Shown here: positions 56,782-64,000 of the stretch, in pieces
Position numbering within the stretch: position 1 is the stretch's first letter
Layout of the letters: each line of letters begins with the position of its first letter
NCBI GenBank assembly: GCA_035708165.1
Contig: DASSSZ010000005.1
Span: 40,719 to 104,718 of the forward strand
Direction: 5' to 3'
DNA length: 64,000 bases
Source of the DNA: Minisyncoccota bacterium
Lineage (GTDB): Bacteria > Patescibacteriota > Minisyncoccia > Phycocordibacterales > UBA2100
Program-made: the position numbers and the translations under genes
Notes under the pieces: generated by a model
Told to the model about the DNA's origin: nothing
What the model saw: only the letters and a program-made list of their open reading frames with translations
Databases searched by the model: none

Positions 56782-57234
56782 ATGGCAAGCCTCAACGAAC
56801 TCACTCGCACCGATGCATGCAAAGCGACCCGTGTCGGCCGCGGCGGCCGCCGCGGCAAGACCAGCGGTCGCGGCACCAAGGGCCAGAAGGCCCGCGCCGG
56901 CCACTCGATCCGCCCCGCGCTGCGCGATGTCATCAAGAAGCTCCCGAAGCTGCGCGGCCACGGCATGAACCGCGCCCGCACGGTCAACAGCGGCCGCCCG
57001 GTCCACCAGCCGGTCACGCTCGAGACGCTCAATGCCGCATTCGCGGCAGGGGAGACGGTCTCGCCGGCGACCCTTGTCGAGAAGGGCGTGCTTCGCGCGC
57101 GCGGCGGGAAGCTCCCGGCCGTCGTCATCGTCGCTGGCGGCGAGCTTTCCGCGAAGCTCGCGGTCGAGCGCTGCCGCGTCACCAAGACCGCGAAGGCTGC
57201 CATCGAAGCCGCGGGCGGCTCGATCGCCAAGTAG
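56782..57234 (+). CDS. rplO: 50S ribosomal protein L15
   Basis: RVGRG...GKTSGRG.KGQKAR, A..AIEAAGG. Confidence 0.95.
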   Translation: MASLNELTRTDACKATRVGRGGRRGKTSGRGTKGQKARAGHSIRPALRDVIKKLPKLRGHGMNRARTVNSGRPVHQPVTLETLNAAFAAGETVSPATLVEKGVLRARGGKLPAVVIVAGGELSAKLAVERCRVTKTAKAAIEAAGGSIAK

Positions 57235-57237
57235 CCT

Positions 57238-58512
57238 ATGTGGGACGCGTTCGTTCGGAAGTGGAAGCTGGTCTGGGGGGATCGCGAGCTCATGCGCCGC
57301 ATTCTCTTCGTGCTGGGCGCCCTGGCGCTCTTCCGCCTTCTGGCGGCGATCCCGATCCCGGGCGTGAACGTCGCGGCTCTCGAATCGTTTTTCAATAACA
57401 ACCAGTTCCTGGGCCTCCTCAACGTCTTCTCCGGCGGCGGCCTCTCGAACCTCTCGGTCGTGATGCTGGGCGTCGGCCCGTACATCACCGCGAGCATCAT
57501 CATGCAGCTCATGACGGTGCTCTCGCCGCGCCTCAAGGAGATGTACCAGGAGGAGGGCGAGGCAGGGCGCGCGCGCTTCACGCAGTACTCGCGCTACCTC
57601 ACCATCCCGCTGGCCTTGATCCAGGGCTTCGCGTTCCTGCTCATCCTCAATCAGAACGGGATCCTCACGGACGTGACGCCGATCACGCTCCTCACGAACA
57701 CCCTCGTGGTGGCGGGCGGGTCGGTGCTCCTCATGTGGCTCGGCGAGATCATGACCGAATTCGGCGTCGGCAATGGCGTCTCGCTCATCATCTTCGCCGG
57801 CATCGTCGCCCGCATCCCGCAGAATTTCTCGCAGCTCGCGTACAGCTACGACGCCTCGCAGATCCCCACGTATCTCGCATTCCTCGCGGTGGCGCTCATC
57901 GTCGTCGCAGGCACGGTCTATATCTCGGAGGCTGAGCGGCCCATCCCCGTCACGTACGCGCGCCGCGTCCGCGGCAACAAGGTCTTCGGCGGCGTCTCCA
58001 CGTATCTGCCGCTTCGTGTCGCACAGGCAGGCGTGATCCCGATCATCTTCGCCCTCTCGCTCCTCCTGTTCCCGCAGGTCCTGGCGAAGTTCGCGGCTCA
58101 GGTGGGCAGCGGCTGGGTCGCGAGCGTGGGGAACGCGGTCGCGAACGGGCTCGCGGACCAGTGGCTTTACGGCGCGCTCTATTTCATCCTTGTCGTGCTC
58201 TTCACGTACGTCTATACGGCCATCACCTTCGAGCCGCATCAGATCGCGAAGAACCTCCAGAAGACGGGCGCGTTCATCTCAGGCATCCGCCCGGGGCCCG
58301 CGACGACCGAGTACCTGGAGAACATCGTCACGCGCATCACGCTCGTCGGCGCGATCTTCCTCGGCATCCTCGCGGTCTTGCCGATCGTCGTGCAGGGCGT
58401 GACCGGCATCGCGAACCTCACGATCGGCGGCACCGCGCTTTTGATCGTGGTCTCCGTCGTCCTCGACGTGGTCAAGAAGATCGACGCGCAGACTTCGATC
58501 CGCGAGTACTAG
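57238..58512 (+). CDS. secY: preprotein translocase SecY
   Basis: LG..PYITASII.QL, GNG.SLIIF.GI, GIRPG..T, GGT.LLIVV.V. Confidence 0.97.
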   Translation: MWDAFVRKWKLVWGDRELMRRILFVLGALALFRLLAAIPIPGVNVAALESFFNNNQFLGLLNVFSGGGLSNLSVVMLGVGPYITASIIMQLMTVLSPRLKEMYQEEGEAGRARFTQYSRYLTIPLALIQGFAFLLILNQNGILTDVTPITLLTNTLVVAGGSVLLMWLGEIMTEFGVGNGVSLIIFAGIVARIPQNFSQLAYSYDASQIPTYLAFLAVALIVVAGTVYISEAERPIPVTYARRVRGNKVFGGVSTYLPLRVAQAGVIPIIFALSLLLFPQVLAKFAAQVGSGWVASVGNAVANGLADQWLYGALYFILVVLFTYVYTAITFEPHQIAKNLQKTGAFISGIRPGPATTEYLENIVTRITLVGAIFLGILAVLPIVVQGVTGIANLTIGGTALLIVVSVVLDVVKKIDAQTSIREY

Positions 58513-58555
58513 CGTCTCTGCGCGCAGGAGGAGCCGGCCACCGGGCCGGCTTTTC

Positions 58556-59116
58556 TCATGCAGCGAGCCATGCCTCGTACCCTGCGAGGATCGCAGCAGT
58601 CACCTCCTCGATGCCGCTGCTGCCGGTATCCACCGAACGGTCGTAGCAGGACGCATCGGTGTAATCCACGCCATAGAGCGACGCGTAGCGCGCCTTCTCG
58701 CTCTCGATGCGCGAAAGCAGATTCCGGTACGTCTCGTCGAACGTGCCGGCTTCCTGCCCGGTACGCAGGCCGCCCTGCGCGTCCGCGAACGTGCGCTGGG
58801 CGGCGGTGCGCGGGTCGAGCGCGAGGAATACGTTGTATCCCTCCGGGATCCAGTGGAACGCCATGCGCGAGTCGATGATGATCCTATCGAGGGCGCCCTT
58901 CTGCCGGACCCACTCATCGATCGCGGCGTCGATCCCCGTGTCGCGCTCGGCCTCGCGGTTCATCTCCTCAAGGCTGATGCCGCGCGCGGCCGCCATCTCC
59001 CGGAAGAAATCGCCGGAGGAGTAGCGCGCATACCCGAGCTGCGAAGCGAGCGATCTGCCGGTCGTGGACTTGCCGCTGCCGGGCATCCCGCCGAGGGTGA
59101 TGATGCGTTTCTTCAT
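58556..59116 (-). CDS. cmk: cytidylate kinase-like protein (archaeal-type, AAA_17)
   Basis: G.PGSGKST, SSG.FFRE.A, DSR. Confidence 0.8.
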   Translation of the reverse strand: MKKRIITLGGMPGSGKSTTGRSLASQLGYARYSSGDFFREMAAARGISLEEMNREAERDTGIDAAIDEWVRQKGALDRIIIDSRMAFHWIPEGYNVFLALDPRTAAQRTFADAQGGLRTGQEAGTFDETYRNLLSRIESEKARYASLYGVDYTDASCYDRSVDTGSSGIEEVTAAILAGYEAWLAA

Positions 59117-59190
59117 TACGGCAGTATAGCTCGCCGCGCTGCTTGTCCACCTACCCCGATCCTGGCGGCCAGGGTATACTCCAGACGAGT

Positions 59191-59781
59191 ATGAATCCGG
59201 TCACCGTCCTCTTCTTCGGCTCGCAGGGAGCCGGGAAGGGCACCCAGGTCGCCAAGCTGGTCGAGTACCTCGCCGCGCACTCCGATCGCGGGATCATCCA
59301 CATCGATATGGGGCAGGAGCTCCGGAACCTGCGGGACACGGGCACGGAAACCGGCCGCCTGGTGGGCGAGGTCATCGACCAAGGCAAGCGCATCTACGAT
59401 TTCGTCCCGATCTATCTCCAGACCAAGCGGCTCGCCGAGGAGTTCACGGGCGCCGAGCACATCATCGCCGATGGCGTCGCCCGCGGTCCGGACCAGACGC
59501 GCGGCTTCGATGACATGATGACCTTCTACGGCCGCAGCGATTTCCACGTCATCGACCTGGTCATCTCGGACGAGACGGCGGTCCGCCGCCTGCTCGCTCG
59601 CGGGCGCAGGGACGACACCGAGGAGGGCATCCGCCGCCGGCTCGCCTGGACGAAAACCGACGTGCTGCCGCAGCTTGAATTCCTGCGCGAACGCGGGCAT
59701 ACTCTGCATGCCATTGACGGCGAGCCGGATGTGGAGACGATCCACCAAGCCATTCTCGCCGCGCTCGGCCTTACTGCATGA
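59191..59781 (+). CDS. adk: adenylate kinase (short, no LID)
   Basis: G.QGAGKGTQ, DG..R, RGR.DD. Confidence 0.85.
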   Translation: MNPVTVLFFGSQGAGKGTQVAKLVEYLAAHSDRGIIHIDMGQELRNLRDTGTETGRLVGEVIDQGKRIYDFVPIYLQTKRLAEEFTGAEHIIADGVARGPDQTRGFDDMMTFYGRSDFHVIDLVISDETAVRRLLARGRRDDTEEGIRRRLAWTKTDVLPQLEFLRERGHTLHAIDGEPDVETIHQAILAALGLTA

Positions 59782-60548
59782 TCCTCCGCACTGAAGAAGA
59801 GAAGCAGCGCGCACGCGCGAGCGGGCGGGCGCTCGGACGCGTCATCGAAGGCGTGTGCAGGGCCGTGCGCCCCGGCGTGAGCAGCCAGGCGCTCGAGGAC
59901 CTCGCGCGCGAGCTGATCCAGGAGGCTGGCGCCGTGCCCGCCTTCCTGGGCTACCAGCCGGCGGGCGAGCAGCGCCCGTACCCCGCAGCGCTCTGCCTTT
60001 CCGTGAACGACATGGTCGTGCACGGCATTCCCAACGAGCGCCCCTTCGAGATCGAGAATGGCGACGTGGTCTCGGTCGACTGCGGGCTCGTGCTCGACGG
60101 CATCGTGACGGATGCGACGAAGACCGTCATCGCCGGTACGCCCCGTCCTGAGGACCAGATGCTCGTGCAGGCCGCCGAAGAGGCGCTTACCGCAGCCGTG
60201 GCAGCTGCGAGGGCGGGCAATCATGTGGGAGATATCGGCGCGGCGATCGAAGCGGTCGCGAAGCGGTACGGCCTCGGGGTCCCGCGCGAAGTGGGCGGGC
60301 ACGGCGTGGGCATCCGCGTGCATGAGGATCCGTTCATCGCGAACTGGGGGACGCCGGGCGCCGGCGCCCTGCTCGAGGACGGCATGATGGTCGCGATCGA
60401 GCCGATCTTCACGGCTGGCAGCGCGCGTCTCGATTGGGACGACGTGAATGGCTACGAATGCCATACGCACGACGGCAGCCGCGCCACCGAGGTGGAGCAT
60501 ACGGTCATCATCGGCAGCGAAGGCGGCGAGATCGTGACGCTCCCGTAG
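59778..60548 (+). CDS. map: methionine aminopeptidase type I
   Basis: SVN..VVHGIP, D, GHGVG...HEDP, IEP, EHT. Confidence 0.95.
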   Translation: MILRTEEEKQRARASGRALGRVIEGVCRAVRPGVSSQALEDLARELIQEAGAVPAFLGYQPAGEQRPYPAALCLSVNDMVVHGIPNERPFEIENGDVVSVDCGLVLDGIVTDATKTVIAGTPRPEDQMLVQAAEEALTAAVAAARAGNHVGDIGAAIEAVAKRYGLGVPREVGGHGVGIRVHEDPFIANWGTPGAGALLEDGMMVAIEPIFTAGSARLDWDDVNGYECHTHDGSRATEVEHTVIIGSEGGEIVTLP

Positions 60549-60625
60549 CGCGTTGAGGTCCGGCCTGCCCGGTGCTACCATGCGGGCACGCACCTATTAT
60601 TTAGCGGGTGGTTTCCTTTTCTCGT

Positions 60626-61219
60626 ATGAAGAATGAACGGACGTTCGTGATGCTGAAGCCGGATGCGGTGCAGCGCTCCCTTATCGGTGAAGTCATCCGC
60701 CGTTTCGAGCGTGCGGGCCTCAAGCTCGTGGGCATCAAGATCGTGAAGGCTGACGAGGATACGCTCTGGATGCACTACAACAAGGACGATGAGTGGTACG
60801 AATCGAAAGGCGCGCGCATCGTGGAGAACCGGAAGGCTGCTGGCATGCCGGTCGAGAAGGAGGCCAAGGAGTATGGCCGCGATATCATCGGCGCCCTGGT
60901 GAAGTACATGAAAGCCGGCCCGGTGGTGCAGATGGTCTGGGAGGGGAATCAGGCAGTGGCCGTGGTGATGAAGCTGACCGGCAGCACTGAGCCGGCAACC
61001 TCGGATGTGGGCACGATCCGCGGCGATTTCACCCTCGATTCCTATGCGCTCTCGAACCTCGACGAACGCGCCGTGCGCAACCTGGTGCACTGCTCGGATG
61101 AGCCGGCGACCGCAGAGCGCGAGATCGGACTCTGGTTCAAGGAAAGCGAACTGCTCTCGTACCGCCTCATCCAGGAGCAGATCCTTTACGATGTGAACCT
61201 GGACGGCATCCTCGAATAA
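60626..61219 (+). CDS. ndk: nucleoside diphosphate kinase
   Basis: ERTFVMLKPD.VQR, GTIRGDF, NLVHCSD. Confidence 0.95.
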   Translation: MKNERTFVMLKPDAVQRSLIGEVIRRFERAGLKLVGIKIVKADEDTLWMHYNKDDEWYESKGARIVENRKAAGMPVEKEAKEYGRDIIGALVKYMKAGPVVQMVWEGNQAVAVVMKLTGSTEPATSDVGTIRGDFTLDSYALSNLDERAVRNLVHCSDEPATAEREIGLWFKESELLSYRLIQEQILYDVNLDGILE

Positions 61220-61355
61220 CCGTCTTCATAAACGCTCCCTGTGAGCGGATGAAAACGCGCCAGCGGCGCGTTTTCGCATATTGACGACGCATGAATTCTT
61301 TCCTGCATCCGCACCGCGCACTTCACGCGCGGGCCAACGCGCATATACTGATGGA

Positions 61356-61491
61356 CAGGGTCGCGTATGAACCTGCTTGGCGTGATCTCGGGATTCCTAC
61401 ATCGCTGCGCCTCAATGCGTCCATCCGACACAGCGAGGCGCATGCTGCGGAAACCCACCTGGGCTTTGTCCAGGCTCCGCCGCGACCTCTG
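61356..61491 (+). ncRNA. ssrS: probable 6S RNA
   Basis: -10 TATACT at 61344; long imperfect rod GGTCGCG/CGCGACC, GAACCTG/CAGGCTC, central bubble, GGGATTCC/GGAAACCC, TGCGCCTC/GAGGCGCA; ACCCACCTG motif; own terminator. Confidence 0.6.
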
Positions 61492-61520
61492 AGAAATGCC
61501 GCTTCATGCGGCATTTCTTC
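61492..61520 (+). terminator. terminator of the putative 6S RNA
   Basis: AGAAATGCCGC-TTCAT-GCGGCATTTCT. Confidence 0.7.
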
Positions 61521-61565
61521 TGCATGGGGATAGCCGGCCGGGAGGGGGTGCTACACTGCCACCAT

Positions 61566-61943
61566 ATGCGTACACGGCTCTTCTGGGCGCAGTTCGCGGC
61601 ACTCGTCGCCTGCGCCGGGGGCGATTTCTACGCCCTCTCGCAGGATCTCTACTGGCGGTATCCGCTGGTGGATATGCCGGTGCACTTCCTCGGCGGCATG
61701 TGGGCCGCGCTTGCGTTCGCGTACGTCCTCACGGCGATCCTCAAGCGCCCGTGCCCGAGCCTGCTCCCCATCGTCCTGGCTTCGGTCATCATCGGTATCT
61801 GCTGGGAGCTCTACGAGTATGCGTTCCATGTCGCTATGGTGACTTCTGATTTCTATGTCTACGACACCGCCAAGGATCTCCTGATGGATACTCTGGGCGG
61901 GTTCGCTGCCTACGGGCTCATCCGCTGGCTGCGGCTCGCATAG
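61566..61943 (+). CDS. membrane protein (DUF2238/VanZ-like)
   Basis: D...HFLGG, WE..EY, DT.KDL..D..G. Confidence 0.75.
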   Translation: MRTRLFWAQFAALVACAGGDFYALSQDLYWRYPLVDMPVHFLGGMWAALAFAYVLTAILKRPCPSLLPIVLASVIIGICWELYEYAFHVAMVTSDFYVYDTAKDLLMDTLGGFAAYGLIRWLRLA

Positions 61944-61948
61944 CACCT

Positions 61949-63331
61949 ATGGCAGACGGGAACGCAGGAGGGAATACGGCGACGCTCACATGCTACGGCG
62001 GCACGGGCTCGGTCACCGGCGCGAATTTCATGCTCGATGCCGGATCGATCAGGATCCTCATCGACTGCGGGATGGAGCAGGGCGTCCACCATGGCGATGA
62101 TCCGAATGCGGCGCCGTTCCGCTACGATCCGGCGTCGGCAGACGTGCTCTTCATCACGCATGGCCATATCGATCATATCGGCCGCGTGCCGAAGCTCGTG
62201 CACGACGGCTACAGGGGGCCGATCTACTCCACGCCCGCGACGAAGGAGATCGCGGCGCTCATGTTCGATGATGCGCTCCATGTGATGCGGGAGGAAGAGC
62301 AGAAGTATCACCGGCCCATGCTCTACCAGCGCGCGGATGCGGATGCCGCGCTCGCGCAGTGGCAGACGCTCGAGTATCACGAGCCGCTCGCGCTGGAGCA
62401 CGGCATCACGGCTACGCTCTATGACGCCGGGCACGTGCTCGGGTCGGCTATGGTGTGCCTCGAGCGCGATGGCCGCCGGGCAGTCTTCACTGGCGACCTC
62501 GGGAACACGGATGCGCCGCTCCTGCGTGCGACCGATCCGTTACCGGCGCCGCACTACCTCCTCATGGAGAGCGTCTACGGCGACCGCCTGCACGAAGGCA
62601 AGGACGACCGCCGGCAGGTCCTTAAGGCGGCGATCGAGGAGGCGCGGCAGAAGCATGGCGTCCTCATGATTCCGGCATTCTCGCTGCAGCGGACGCAGGT
62701 CATCCTCTATGAGATCCATCGGATGATCGAGGCGGGGGAGCTTGCCCCGATCGACACGTACCTCGATTCGCCGCTCGCGATCAGGCTCATGGAGGTCTAT
62801 AGCCGATATGGCCGGTATTTCAATGATGCCGCGCAGGCGGATGCCAAGAAGGGGGATATCTTCTCGTTCCCCGGGCTGTCGGTCGTCGAGCGGCGGGAAG
62901 AATCGGCGAAGATCGAGCACCAGCCGGACCCGAAGATCATCATCGCGGCATCCGGCATGAGCCACGGCGGCCGCATCCTCGGGCATGAGCGCGAGCTCTT
63001 GGGGCGCGCCGACGCCATCCTGCTGCTTGTCGGCTACCAGGCTGCGGGCACGCTCGGGCGCGCGCTCGAGGAGGGCGTGAAGCACGTGCATATCGAAGGG
63101 CACAAGGTGCACGTGCGCGCGTCCATCGAATCGCTGACCGGCTATTCGGGGCACGGCGATCGCGATGAGCTCATGCATGTCGTCGAGACAGGCGCCTCGA
63201 CGCTCGAGCGCGTGTTCGTCGCGATGGGGGAGCCGAAGAGCGCGATGTTCCTCGCGCAGCGCATCCACGACTTCCTCGGGCTCGATGCCGTCGCACCATC
63301 TGAAGGCGATTCGTTCACGCTCGCGTGGTAG
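61949..63331 (+). CDS. metallo-beta-lactamase/beta-CASP ribonuclease
   Basis: DCG, THGHIDHIG, AGHVLGS, FTGD, ESVYG, PAFSL.R.Q, SGM..GGR, YSGH.D. Confidence 0.92.
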   Translation: MADGNAGGNTATLTCYGGTGSVTGANFMLDAGSIRILIDCGMEQGVHHGDDPNAAPFRYDPASADVLFITHGHIDHIGRVPKLVHDGYRGPIYSTPATKEIAALMFDDALHVMREEEQKYHRPMLYQRADADAALAQWQTLEYHEPLALEHGITATLYDAGHVLGSAMVCLERDGRRAVFTGDLGNTDAPLLRATDPLPAPHYLLMESVYGDRLHEGKDDRRQVLKAAIEEARQKHGVLMIPAFSLQRTQVILYEIHRMIEAGELAPIDTYLDSPLAIRLMEVYSRYGRYFNDAAQADAKKGDIFSFPGLSVVERREESAKIEHQPDPKIIIAASGMSHGGRILGHERELLGRADAILLLVGYQAAGTLGRALEEGVKHVHIEGHKVHVRASIESLTGYSGHGDRDELMHVVETGASTLERVFVAMGEPKSAMFLAQRIHDFLGLDAVAPSEGDSFTLAW

Positions 63332-63384
63332 CGAGGGCCTTGCGCATCCGCACGCATGCTATACTGCACGCATCTGTTCATTGT

Positions 63385-64000
63385 ATGAATCCTAGCGATC
63401 GCGAACATCGGAAGATCTACTCATCCCCGCCGGATACGCTCGGGAAGCTCTCCGGCGCGACGCGCCATGGGCATGAGTACATCAAGATCTGCGCCTCCGG
63501 CGCAGCCGAGACAGGGCACTGCGGGCTCGATGTCGTCGAGCTCGGCAAGGAGGTCGGCCGTGCGGTCGCAGATAACGATGCGGTCCTGACGAGCGGCGCT
63601 ACGACCGGCTTCCCGCTCTATGCGGCGATGGGCGTGAAGGAGAATTGCGGCTTCTCGATCGGCTTCTCGCCGGCCTCGACCGAGCGCGAGCACGTAGAAA
63701 CTTATCAGCTCCCGCTCGATTACATGGATGTGATCGTTTACACCGGGTTCGGCTATCCGGGCCGCGATCTCATGCTCACGCGCTCCTCCGATGCCGTCGT
63801 TATCGGCTGCGGCCGCATCGGCACGTTCCACGAATTCACGATCGCGTTCGAGGATCGGAAGCCGATCGGCGTCCTCGAAGGGTCGTGGGAGACCGACGAG
63901 CTCATCAGGCAGATCCTCGCGGCGAGCCACAGGCCAAATGATAAGATCATCTTCGATTCGGATCCGAAAGCGCTCGTGGAGCGGCTGATCGAGATGGTGA
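63385..64000 (+). CDS. LOG/SLOG-family protein (3' truncated)
   Basis: Read by hand from ATG 63385: SGA, L.SGATTG.P, TG.G..GRD..L.RSSDAV, GR.GT..EF..A. Confidence 0.8.
   Translation, partial: MNPSDREHRKIYSSPPDTLGKLSGATRHGHEYIKICASGAAETGHCGLDVVELGKEVGRAVADNDAVLTSGATTGFPLYAAMGVKENCGFSIGFSPASTEREHVETYQLPLDYMDVIVYTGFGYPGRDLMLTRSSDAVVIGCGRIGTFHEFTIAFEDRKPIGVLEGSWETDELIRQILAASHRPNDKIIFDSDPKALVERLIEMV

Noticed and set aside
61291-61533. 80-aa ORF
   Set aside because: It spans a -10 box, a structured RNA and a terminator; a non-coding RNA explains the region better
1-64000. tRNA, rRNA, IS elements or genetic-code-25 recoding
   Set aside because: No recognisable tRNA/rRNA or transposase seen; TGA terminates conserved genes such as tpiA, recJ and mscL

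Overview
High-GC chromosomal segment of a Patescibacteria (CPR) bacterium, most likely Parcubacteria. This is inferred from the missing rpmD/uL30 in the spc operon, a CPR-type VirB4 ATPase with a T4SS-pilin-like protein, type IV pilus genes, split ComEC and CPR-typical secreted proteins. TGA is used as a stop (code 11). The window holds a VirB4/pilin locus, pilB/pilC and minor pilins, tpiA-pgk, recJ, rnhA, mscL, comEC, sod, rpmB and the str-S10-spc ribosomal cluster. That cluster is broken into several separately promoted units by accessory insertions. Three accessory loci stand out. (1) A large secreted lipase-type protein followed by a low-GC array of small membrane-protein cassettes separated by a ~150-bp terminator+promoter repeat, which looks like a toxin/immunity array. 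(2) A CsgG/HfaB-family lipoprotein flanked by two secreted Gln/Asn-rich amyloid-like proteins, between rpsG and fusA. (3) An ~8-kb island between fusA and tuf encoding signal-peptide-bearing, phage-tail-fibre-like and polyglycine adhesin modules that are shuffled between paralogues, plus a DsbA-like protein. Also seen: a probable 6S RNA, widespread leaderless genes, Shine-Dalgarno sites largely confined to orphan genes, and a two-CxxCH protein. All family assignments come from motif recognition by eye, not from database searches.
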